DNA of 56,846 nt from assembly GCA_943353165.1 (NCBI GenBank), contig CALRAM010000004.1:1-56846 (forward strand). Reading direction: 5' to 3'. Made by a program: the position numbers and the translations under genes. The DNA comes from an uncultured Candidatus Saccharimonas sp. (lineage in GTDB: Bacteria > Patescibacteriota > Saccharimonadia > Saccharimonadales > OMJO01). Shown one piece after another: positions 9,328-17,561 of the stretch (positions are counted from its first letter, which is position 1; every line of letters starts with the position of its first letter). A model generated the notes under the pieces. The model ran no database searches. It was not told where the DNA came from and saw only the letters and a program-made list of their open reading frames with translations.

Positions 9328-10121
9328 GTATAATTGAGGCGATAATACTAGGTATAACCCAGGGACTGACAGAGTTTATACCCATTTCTAGTTCCGGGCA
9401 TCTGATTTTTATGCGACACATATTGGGTGTTTTTGGCAATGATTTGGCGTTTGATGTTGCTTTGCATATAGGTACAATATTGGCGCTAGTAGCAGTTTTT
9501 TATAAAGATATTTGGGAATTGTTCTTGGGATTGTTGGGCAAAAACGACAAAAGAAAACTGGCGTTGCTGCTAATAATCGCTACTGTACCTGCAGTTATCT
9601 CTGGAGTTTTGTTGGAAAAAGCAGCAGAGTCCACCTTTCGTTCGGTCAGGCTAGTAGCTGTGGATATGATAATAGCGGCGTTTTTTATACTCTGGGCAGA
9701 GAGTTTTGCTAAGAAACGAAAAAACCGTACAAAGCTAGAGAATACCAAAACCAAGCAGGCTATAATAATAGGTTTGGCCCAGGCTGCGGCAGTCGTGCCA
9801 GGTATATCACGTTCGGGTGCAACAATTACTGCTGGACTTTTTGCTGGCATGGACAGAGTAGCCGCTACCAGGTTTTCATTTTTGCTGGCCATCCCTATAA
9901 CGACAGGCGCAATATTAAAAGTTTTGGCTGACGGTGGCGGGCTGGCGCAAGGCAACAATCAAACTGGCTTGGTTGTAGTTGGCATAGTTTCGGCGTTTTT
10001 GAGCGGCCTTTTTGCCATCAAGTTTTTGCTGAACTATTTGGCAAAACATTCTCTGTCCGTTTTTGCGTACTATCGAATAGCCGTTGGACTGGCTGCAATA
10101 GCCATAGTTACAATACGCTAA
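9324..10121 (+). CDS. uppP: undecaprenyl-diphosphate phosphatase
   Basis: GITQGLTEFIPISSSGHL and SRSGATITAGL motifs. 265 aa, polytopic. Confidence 0.93.
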   Translation: MSIIEAIILGITQGLTEFIPISSSGHLIFMRHILGVFGNDLAFDVALHIGTILALVAVFYKDIWELFLGLLGKNDKRKLALLLIIATVPAVISGVLLEKAAESTFRSVRLVAVDMIIAAFFILWAESFAKKRKNRTKLENTKTKQAIIIGLAQAAAVVPGISRSGATITAGLFAGMDRVAATRFSFLLAIPITTGAILKVLADGGGLAQGNNQTGLVVVGIVSAFLSGLFAIKFLLNYLAKHSLSVFAYYRIAVGLAAIAIVTIR

Positions 10122-11173
10122 GTCTTTTCTACGGTAACGGATTCGTCTGATAAACCTAATCTGTAGGCCAGAGTAGAGCGTTGCCATTCCTGTACCTTGT
10201 CTATATCTGATTGGTTTTTTACCACAGTAACTTCGCCTATCTCTACTATGGGGTCATCTCTGTCCCACAACACTATAGGCAAGGCCAAGCCATGTTTTAG
10301 GACATCTGTAACTCCTCTGGAAACTTTGCCCAGCCTTATGGATTCTGGCCGATGATCATCGCCCAATTGTACTAGGTCGGTGGCGCCAGATATGGCCCAG
10401 TTAAAGTATTTGCCTGTAGCATGTCGACCCAGCCGATGAACGCGCGAGGAGGGGTCTACTCCTAGCCATTCACGTATGTTTGTGCGCATATTTTTGTTGT
10501 TGGTTTCTATCAGAGTTTCCAGGTCTATTTGTTTTGCATCTGGGTCTAATTGTTGCCTCAATTTTTGGTTAGCTCTAAAAGTTTCTGTCAGGTTCATAAT
10601 GGTTCTGGTGCGTGGAAAACTCATAAAAACGTGGCCAGCTTTTTGAGCTACTTCGCTGGCTGCCATACCAAACGCTTCTATGGTAGTTACCCCTCGGCTG
10701 ATACCTAGGCCGTTATTTTCCTGCCAATTATCGTGCTGAGTGGCCTCTGCCCAGCTGACAGCAAACTCCGCCACATCTATCATTTTCTGGTGCGTAGTCA
10801 GGTGGAACTGATGGCGCCCCTCTTTTCTGTGTAGTTCTGACATGCTGACTAGCGGGCGTTGCCTTTTGAGTTCGTCTACTATGGCGTGATGCATATTTTT
10901 GGCAGCTATATCGGATAGCTGGTTTATGCCCAAAGGTCCGTCAAATTTTGCTGGCGCTGGATACAGATGGGTGGTTTCTAATAGTTGCGAAGGGCTGGCG
11001 GCAGCATCGAACAGCATTGGGCTAAAAAGTCCTCCTGATGACTCGATATGTTTGACGGTAGTTTCGGCTAGAGCTTCGTGTATTGATAGCCTGTCGTCAT
11101 AGGTAAGTTCGGTGTAGTTAAAAGTTGCCATAGTGCGACAAGCATAGCGTGTATCTCTGTTATATTCAAGCAA
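10118..11173 (-). CDS. hypothetical soluble protein with no recognisable domain
   Basis: 351-aa ORF with an alternative start MATFNY at 11131. Divergent from the riboswitch-controlled gene. No motif I can assign. Confidence 0.65.
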   Translation of the reverse strand: MLEYNRDTRYACRTMATFNYTELTYDDRLSIHEALAETTVKHIESSGGLFSPMLFDAAASPSQLLETTHLYPAPAKFDGPLGINQLSDIAAKNMHHAIVDELKRQRPLVSMSELHRKEGRHQFHLTTHQKMIDVAEFAVSWAEATQHDNWQENNGLGISRGVTTIEAFGMAASEVAQKAGHVFMSFPRTRTIMNLTETFRANQKLRQQLDPDAKQIDLETLIETNNKNMRTNIREWLGVDPSSRVHRLGRHATGKYFNWAISGATDLVQLGDDHRPESIRLGKVSRGVTDVLKHGLALPIVLWDRDDPIVEIGEVTVVKNQSDIDKVQEWQRSTLAYRLGLSDESVTVEKT

Positions 11174-11235
11174 ATAATACTACAGCATTCGTAGTAAAAG
11201 CGTGATATTCTGAGAATGTATTTAACAATCAAAAT

Positions 11236-11393
11236 GCTGGAATCCTGTGAAATTCAGGAACTGTGCCGCAACGGTTTACCCTGAGCTTGTCGAAGGGTTA
11301 AAGTCCGATACAGCTGTAATTAATCTCCCGGGCAGGAGTGATATAGCGACTGTGCGATAACCTGCCAGGGAAATACCCGAAGCAGGTTTTTTT
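11236..11393 (+). promoter_or_regulatory. cobalamin riboswitch-like aptamer (compact form, ~11236..11314) plus antiterminator/terminator expression platform (11331..11393)
   Basis: GCUGGAAUCCUGUGAAAUUCAGGAACUGUGCCGCAACGGU closely parallels the conserved Cbl core (E. coli btuB leader, from memory: GGGAAUCCAGUGCGAAUCUGGAGCUGACGCGCAGCGGU). A B12-box-like AAGUCCGAUACAGC is closed by pairing with 5' GCUG. GGCAGG(11331-36)/CCUGCC(11361-66) competes with CCUGC(11361-65)/GCAGG(11382-86) plus U7, which runs into the AUG at 11394. Confidence 0.75.
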
Positions 11394-12752
11394 ATGGAAG
11401 CGATTCATTCAACAGAACAATACTACCCTTTGGAGCATAGGGGTGTAATATCGGCTGCCGAACTATTTGACCGCTCAGATATCGAGGCTGACGCGTGGGA
11501 TATGATAAAAAGCAGAAGAGATTTGCCTGTAGTTGAGACATCAGAACGCGAGCGACACGACAATGCTCGGACTGCCCTCATGGAAGCCCTGACGGCATCT
11601 GGGCATTTGTCTAGGGTAGAGATTAGTGGATCGGTAGAGGAGATAAACGCACAGGTCGTCGGCCGACTATTGAATGGCTGGGACGAGGCTTTGCCAGTAC
11701 ACGAAAAAATGCGTCGTTTTGCAGAACTTTGCGAAGAACTAACTATCCATAAAGTTCATTTGTCCATAGTATCTGGCGATCTACCTCCAGGAACCGCTGT
11801 CAGCGTTATCTCTGACTACCCAGGGGCCATGACAGATTATGATGCCACATCGCTGGGCTACAGGTCGGTAAACAAAAAGGGGATGGTGCGTTCTACTGGC
11901 TTGCGTCAGGAGTCTGACGGCAGTTTTACACGAGTCATAGAACAGGTAAGTCGTAGCAACGGTACATGGAATAGTACCTACGAGTTTATGAAGTCCAGCG
12001 GAATAAAGACGGCAACTGGTTACCCGGACATTGTGGCGTTACAGACACCTTTGATTTACGCGGTAGAGGATTACGCGGACGGTGTAGTGGATTTGGTGCG
12101 TCGCCTAGATATGCATACCGGACAAGGCGTAACATATGGCGATCCTGAAGGTCAAAAAAAACATCCAGCATACGATCAGCTACGCTCTGAATCAGCCAGA
12201 AGGGAACGCGATATACAAGGATTTGTAGGTGACTTGGCAAAACTAGAAGAACAGCTAGATATTTTGCAACGCAACGGGATGACTGTCAACGAACGCAACA
12301 TTATTTTCAAAGAAGAAGTAGACCGAATATTGACCGCTATTTGTACGCTGGAACCAAACTATGCAACCGATACATACGGCAAAAAAGCAGAAAAATATTT
12401 TTATGAGGCTGCCGTTCTGGTTTCTAGAGGAGAAACTGGCCTTGCCCAACAACTACTCGATTCTACTAGTCACCTAAAACAGACGGTTACATTTTGCGGT
12501 ATGTCTATATCTTTAGAAGTCGCCAAAGGAATGGGATTGTGCGTAAATAGTTATGGTGAAGCAGTGGAAAAAGGCAAGGAGTCGTGGCAGTGGAAGAGCG
12601 GTGTCTGTCAGGTAAAATCTTGCCCTACCAGACCAGGCAAAACTACTGTTGGCCCATGTAGTGTTTGCAAAGGCTGTCAGGCTCGGTTTGACAAAGGTAT
12701 AAATCCAACAGCATCAAAACCAATTCCAAAAAAGCCGCAGTCCAGATTATGA
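11394..12752 (+). CDS. hypothetical soluble protein with a C-terminal Cys-rich zinc-ribbon-like module
   Basis: 452-aa ORF directly behind the riboswitch terminator. C-terminus is WKSGVCQVKSCPTRPGKTTVGPCSVCKGCQARFDKG. ATGA overlap with nadD. Confidence 0.7.
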   Translation: MEAIHSTEQYYPLEHRGVISAAELFDRSDIEADAWDMIKSRRDLPVVETSERERHDNARTALMEALTASGHLSRVEISGSVEEINAQVVGRLLNGWDEALPVHEKMRRFAELCEELTIHKVHLSIVSGDLPPGTAVSVISDYPGAMTDYDATSLGYRSVNKKGMVRSTGLRQESDGSFTRVIEQVSRSNGTWNSTYEFMKSSGIKTATGYPDIVALQTPLIYAVEDYADGVVDLVRRLDMHTGQGVTYGDPEGQKKHPAYDQLRSESARRERDIQGFVGDLAKLEEQLDILQRNGMTVNERNIIFKEEVDRILTAICTLEPNYATDTYGKKAEKYFYEAAVLVSRGETGLAQQLLDSTSHLKQTVTFCGMSISLEVAKGMGLCVNSYGEAVEKGKESWQWKSGVCQVKSCPTRPGKTTVGPCSVCKGCQARFDKGINPTASKPIPKKPQSRL

Positions 12753-13345
12753 AAAAAATAGGAATATACAGCGGAACCTTTGACCCCATACATAATGGGC
12801 ATATTAGTTTCGCGCGGGAGGCTATGAACAAATACGGTCTGGATAAAGTTTTTTTCCTGCCAGAGCCTAGGCCACGCAGAAAACAGGGAGTCAAGGCTTT
12901 TAATCACAGGGTAGAGATGCTTCGTTTGGCACTTTTACGACAACCCGGAATGGGCACTGTGATACTAAAACATTCCAGGTTTTCTGTACAATACACCTTG
13001 CCGTTACTGTTGGATAGGTTTGCGGGTACTCGAATGTATCTGTTAATCGGCGAAGATACATTGGATCATCTGGTGGATTGGCCAAATGTAGAGGCGCTGC
13101 AGGTGGTTAATCTGATAATTGGCGTCAGGACAAAATCTGTTGCCGAAGTTTGTAGCACTGTTGAAGCTATATGCATAACCAAAGGCGTTGTATTTCGCTA
13201 CAATGTATTTCAAGCCCAAAACTCTGATATTTCATCTAGTTATGTCAGAAAAGAATTGCGTCACGGCAAAAAACCAGCAGGCCTGAACAGCAGTGTCCAG
13301 AAATACATATCGGCCAACAATCTCTATTCTATTTCTGGCGAATAA
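12749..13345 (+). CDS. nadD: nicotinate-nucleotide adenylyltransferase
   Basis: IGIYSGTFDPIHNGHISFAREA (the (H/T)xGH nucleotidyltransferase motif) followed by FFLPEPRPRRKQG. 198 aa. Confidence 0.88.
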   Translation: MKKIGIYSGTFDPIHNGHISFAREAMNKYGLDKVFFLPEPRPRRKQGVKAFNHRVEMLRLALLRQPGMGTVILKHSRFSVQYTLPLLLDRFAGTRMYLLIGEDTLDHLVDWPNVEALQVVNLIIGVRTKSVAEVCSTVEAICITKGVVFRYNVFQAQNSDISSSYVRKELRHGKKPAGLNSSVQKYISANNLYSISGE

Positions 13346-15012
13346 TGGCTTTGTAGATAGAGCAGATGTTTGTCTCGGTATTTTTTGAACTCGCTCTTTT
13401 TTAGGCCATTTTTGCGTATAAAAGAACCAATTCTTTCGCTACCGATATAGTGCGGTAGAACTACGTAACTGGCACCCAGCGTATACAGTTCGGCGGCTTC
13501 TTGGACGGAGTCGGCGTGCAATATGACTACAGCTTCTGGGTTTATATCGGCCATCAGTTTGGACAAAAAGACATTTGTTTCGTGGGTGCTGATAGTCGAT
13601 ACGATTAGTTTGGCAGTGGCGGCTCCTGCTTCTATTAACAGCTCGGAATCTGTAGCATCTCCATACAAATAGGGGAACTTGTGGTTTTCTAGTATTTCGA
13701 TAACCGCAGGGTCGTAGTCTATGACAACATAGCGTTTGCCTAGACTCTGAAAAACCTTTAGGAAATCATGACCACCTTTTTGGTACCCAAAGAGTATCAG
13801 TTCACTCCGTTGGCGGGTTTCGTGCTCTCCCCTAACTTTGCGTTTTTCAAAAATAGACAGAGGAGTTTTTAGTAAGGTATATATTTTTTCTGAATATATT
13901 ATCAGGTAGCTGGAAATAGTTATAGTCACAAGTGCAACCATGGTAGTAATACTGACCAAGTTGCTAGAGATTAGTCCATTGCGATTGCCTACGATTACGA
14001 ACACCAATGAAAACTCGCTTATTTGGGCCATTGTAACGGCAGTTTTGAAACTAGTCCTTTTGGTATAACCCATGATACCCATGATGAACATGATTAAAAG
14101 CGGTTTTATGACTATAACTATGCCCGTGGCAACCAGGATAGCAGGAACGATAGACCCAAAATCTTGAAAGGTCAGCCTGGTTCCCAGAGCTATGAAAAAA
14201 ACCACGATGAAAAAGTCACGCAGTGGACGAAGCCGGGCGCTTATCTCGTGAGTGTAAGGCAGGGAAGCCAACGCCACTCCAGCCAGCAAGGCACCGATCT
14301 CTATGCTAAAACCCGCTCTTTCAAATAGTGCCGCACTGCCAAAACCCCAGCCTAGCGCAAACAAAAACAGCACTTCTTGACTGCCAGCTATCTGTTTGCT
14401 AAGTTTTGGCAAAACAAAGTTTCCTATCAGGATTAGGGGTAACGCTATGGATAATCCTTTTAGGGCCAGCAAACCCAGCTCTGATGGCGAAAAACTACCA
14501 GTATTTTGGCTAGTAACGAACAGCAAGGCTATGGTAGCCAAGACGTCTTGGACTATCAACATTCCAGTCGAAACTTTGCCATACAAACGGTTTTGTTCTT
14601 TTAGGTCGCTGAGTAGTTTCAGGATGATAATGGTGCTACTAAAAGACAGCGCCACGCCAAAAAATATGGAATCCATACGATTGAGTCCCAGTAGTGAACC
14701 GCTGCCCCAGGCAAATAGTGTTATCAGCACAACTTGGACTAGACCACCCAGGGTAGCTACTTTGCCGACTTCTTTGATGACCTTGGGATTTAAACCCAGG
14801 CCGATGATAAACAGTAGTAGGGCTATCCCAATTGTTGAAAAAACTTCTATGGTTTCTGTGGATTTAACTAGATGCAAAACTGAAGGGCCAACGATGATGC
14901 CCGTCAGTATATGGCCTATTATCAGAGGCTGTTTGAGGGAGCGCATGATGATGGCTATCCCGGCGCCAACGGCTATGATTAGGCTTAGTTCGGCGAATAG
15001 GTTTTGGTGCAT
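13324..15012 (-). CDS. cation:proton antiporter (CPA2/Kef-type) with a C-terminal RCK/TrkA-N domain
   Basis: 562 aa with ~12 TM helices, then ILFGYQKGGHDF...VVIDYDP Rossmann-like RCK. The 3' end overlaps the nadD 3' end by 22 nt (convergent). Confidence 0.88.
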   Translation of the reverse strand: MHQNLFAELSLIIAVGAGIAIIMRSLKQPLIIGHILTGIIVGPSVLHLVKSTETIEVFSTIGIALLLFIIGLGLNPKVIKEVGKVATLGGLVQVVLITLFAWGSGSLLGLNRMDSIFFGVALSFSSTIIILKLLSDLKEQNRLYGKVSTGMLIVQDVLATIALLFVTSQNTGSFSPSELGLLALKGLSIALPLILIGNFVLPKLSKQIAGSQEVLFLFALGWGFGSAALFERAGFSIEIGALLAGVALASLPYTHEISARLRPLRDFFIVVFFIALGTRLTFQDFGSIVPAILVATGIVIVIKPLLIMFIMGIMGYTKRTSFKTAVTMAQISEFSLVFVIVGNRNGLISSNLVSITTMVALVTITISSYLIIYSEKIYTLLKTPLSIFEKRKVRGEHETRQRSELILFGYQKGGHDFLKVFQSLGKRYVVIDYDPAVIEILENHKFPYLYGDATDSELLIEAGAATAKLIVSTISTHETNVFLSKLMADINPEAVVILHADSVQEAAELYTLGASYVVLPHYIGSERIGSFIRKNGLKKSEFKKYRDKHLLYLQSHYSPEIE

Positions 15013-15045
15013 ATATATGTCCTATTGTAGCAAGTGTTTATGGCT

Positions 15046-16422
15046 TTAGAAAAAAGATACTATTGCGGCTATGCCTGCTACAGCCATTATTAGCGTTATC
15101 GCCCAGCCCAATGCAGTGGTCAAGGGCTTGTTTGTCCAGTCACCCATGACCTTTTTATTGCTACTGATACGGACTATCAAAAACAGTATTATAGGTGCAA
15201 CCAGACCGTTTCCAATAGCTGAATAGATTAGTGCTTTTATGGGGTCAAGTCCTATAAAGTTTAACCCCAAACCAATTAGCATAGATATTATGATGATTCC
15301 ATAAAAAGCGTGTGCTTGGTTTAGTTTGTTGTTTAGTCCTTGTTTACGCCACTGCATACTTTCGGCAATTGCGTACGAACTAGCGCCTGCCAAAACAGGT
15401 ATAGCCAACAAACCAGTTCCAATAATACCAACAGCAAACAGCCAATAGGTTGCATCGCCCGCAAAAGGTCGAAGCCCCTCTGCTGCCTGTGCGGCAGAAG
15501 TTATATTGGTAATTCCATTTGGAAACAAAATAGCACCACAAGCAGCAATGATAAAGAACATGACAATATTGGACAAAAACATACCCGACCAAACGTCTAT
15601 ACGCATATTTTTGACAGCTTCTTTAGTGGTGCCTTGTCTCTGAACTATGGTGGTGTTGCCTTCGGCTATTTGATTTTCGACTTCCTGAGATGTTTGCCAA
15701 AAGAAGAGGTATGGAGAGATAGTGGTTCCCAAAATGGCACAGACTAACAGTATCTGATCTCTGTCTAGTTTTATGTGTGGCACAAAGCTACTGCGCAGAA
15801 CTTCGCTCCAGTTCAAATGGGCCATAATGGCCGAGAAAATATAGGCCACTAGTACCATGGCTAGCCATTTCAGATATTTGGCATATTTTTCATAAGGTGT
15901 AAATATTTGCATACCTAGGCTGAGTCCAGCAAAAGCTACCACCAACGCGGCATAGTTAACTCCTGGTGCTAGCAGTTGCGCACCTTTTGCCATAGCGCCC
16001 AAGTCTGCGCCAATGTTAAAAGAGTTGGCGGCAAATAGCAAAGCAGTGCAAATAAAGATAACTTTTCTGGGGTAGTGGGCTCGGATGTTTCCAGCCAAAC
16101 CTCGACCAGTAACAAGGCCTATTCTGGCGCACATCTCCTGGACGACTGCCATCAGAGGAAAAGTAAAAGAAGCCATCCATAGCAAGCCAAACCCATACTG
16201 CGCACCAGCCTGAGAATAAGTTGCTATGCCAGAAGGATCATCGTCCGATGCACCAGTAGTCAGCCCGGGTCCAAGTTTGTGCCAATACGCTCTGGTGTGT
16301 TTTACCACGTTACCTGTCGGAATTTTATCTTTTATAGATAAAGAAGTTGCAACTGCATTGTCCAGTGCTGCCGCCGGTGCCTCGCTAATTTTTTGGAATG
16401 TATCACGGTTGTCTTGTTTCAT
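15046..16422 (-). CDS. NRAMP-family divalent metal transporter
   Basis: GPGLTTGASDDDPSGIATYSQAGAQYGF motif. Polytopic. The track ORF extends to 16455, but a TTGTCA-N16-TATAAT promoter abuts that ATG, so MKQDNRD (16422) is the more likely start. Confidence 0.85.
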   Translation of the reverse strand: MKQDNRDTFQKISEAPAAALDNAVATSLSIKDKIPTGNVVKHTRAYWHKLGPGLTTGASDDDPSGIATYSQAGAQYGFGLLWMASFTFPLMAVVQEMCARIGLVTGRGLAGNIRAHYPRKVIFICTALLFAANSFNIGADLGAMAKGAQLLAPGVNYAALVVAFAGLSLGMQIFTPYEKYAKYLKWLAMVLVAYIFSAIMAHLNWSEVLRSSFVPHIKLDRDQILLVCAILGTTISPYLFFWQTSQEVENQIAEGNTTIVQRQGTTKEAVKNMRIDVWSGMFLSNIVMFFIIAACGAILFPNGITNITSAAQAAEGLRPFAGDATYWLFAVGIIGTGLLAIPVLAGASSYAIAESMQWRKQGLNNKLNQAHAFYGIIIISMLIGLGLNFIGLDPIKALIYSAIGNGLVAPIILFLIVRISSNKKVMGDWTNKPLTTALGWAITLIMAVAGIAAIVSFF

Positions 16423-16744
16423 ATTTATATAACCAACAGGACTATTGTATATCATAATTATAATCTTTAGAATTATGTTGACAATACGCTATTGGTTATG
16501 AGAATATGTTATTACTTCAAGTGGCTGCAAACAGGTACAGTTACTAGAAATACAAAAACAATTAAAAACCAAAAGTTAGTGCGAGAGCTATATGATTAGG
16601 TGGGAAAAAAGGGGATAGGCTGTATGCCTGTAAAAATAAAAATAATTCATCAAAGGAGTTTTAAAGTGGAAGTCAAAGTCCGTCGCCCAAGCTGGCAACA
16701 ATTTATAAACTACTAATACATAGGCTTTAATGTCTGAGTATTTT

Positions 16745-16770
16745 AAAGAGCCAGAGAAATCTGGCTCTTT
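16745..16770. terminator. bidirectional intrinsic terminator hairpin
   Basis: ttttAAAGAGCCAGagaaatCTGGCTCTTTaaaa, a 10-bp stem flanked by T4 and A4, 30 nt downstream of the DsbA-like gene. Confidence 0.75.
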
Positions 16771-16799
16771 AAAATAGCTAATTTTGCCCCGAGGTCTAA

Positions 16800-17471
16800 T
16801 TAAGTCTTTTTAGTGGCGGCTATGGCAGCGTCTATGATTTTGCTAAAGCTGTCCAGGTCACGGGGACTGTCTATTTTTTTGCCGTTCAAGACAAATGAAG
16901 GCGTGCCTGTTAGGCCAAGTTTATTACCAGCATCTTTGTCGGCATTTATCAGATCATTTACCTCGGCGCTGCTCATGTCTGCCTTGAATTTTGGTACATC
17001 TAGCCCTAGGTTTTGAGCATATTGTTCAAAGAAAGAAGCAGGCGAATTGGTAGCAGTCCATTCTGTGTCGCGGACTTTTCCTTCGGTGTCCTTCTGGTGG
17101 CCTCGCAAAAATAGTATATCGTGCATTTCCCAGAATTTGCCTTGTTTGCTGGCTGCTTCTGCTGCGCGGTGTCCGGCCAAAGCGTGTTGGTGGATTTGGG
17201 TTAGAGGAAAATGGCGGAACTGAAAAAATATTTCCTTTTGGTATTTTTCGTATAACTGTGTAACTAATGGTTCATATTGCCAGCAAGCAGGGCATTCAAA
17301 ATCGCCGTATTCTACCAAGGTAACTCCGCTCTTTCCTTCGCCTTTTATATGGTTGGTGGGCTGTACATTACTGGAGTTTGTAGTGCCAGCCTGTTTATTT
17401 TTGTTGAACCAAAATACGCCACCAAAACCAATTATCAACGCCACCAAAACCAGAGTAAAACGAGTATTCAT
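16800..17471 (-). CDS. DsbA-family thiol:disulfide oxidoreductase (membrane-anchored or secreted)
   Basis: CPAC active site (FECPACWQY), thioredoxin fold, N-terminal TM/signal. Preferred start MNTRF is preceded by GAAGGTG. The track ORF runs to 17513. Confidence 0.85.
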   Translation of the reverse strand: MNTRFTLVLVALIIGFGGVFWFNKNKQAGTTNSSNVQPTNHIKGEGKSGVTLVEYGDFECPACWQYEPLVTQLYEKYQKEIFFQFRHFPLTQIHQHALAGHRAAEAASKQGKFWEMHDILFLRGHQKDTEGKVRDTEWTATNSPASFFEQYAQNLGLDVPKFKADMSSAEVNDLINADKDAGNKLGLTGTPSFVLNGKKIDSPRDLDSFSKIIDAAIAATKKT

Positions 17472-17561
17472 GTATGCACCTTCTTCTTTAGTTTGCTGGA
17501 TATATAATACCAATCATTGATTGCTTTTGTAAATCACAAGGGTAAACCGTATTATATATAC

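Noticed and set aside
10118-11173. 351-aa protein as CobT (a size match, next to a B12 riboswitch and near nadD)
   Set aside because: No CobT-type motifs are present (for example the Gly-rich GELGMANTT-like segment). It is also on the opposite strand from the riboswitch.
11394-12752. 452-aa protein as the missing Pup ligase/deamidase (PafA/Dop size class)
   Set aside because: It lacks the N-terminal G-x-E-T-E-[FY] and downstream carboxylate-amine-ligase motifs. Nothing beyond length similarity supports the idea.
16600-16740. AAAGGGGAUAGGC motif (Mn2+ yybP-ykoY-like start) and a 16-codon GTG ORF (MEVKVRRPSWQQFINY) with an AAAGGAG RBS, upstream of the NRAMP gene
   Set aside because: Both are on the plus strand, opposite to the NRAMP gene. 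The rest of the yybP-ykoY consensus is absent. The mini-ORF has no supporting conservation evidence, although a plus-strand sRNA ending at the 16745 terminator remains possible.
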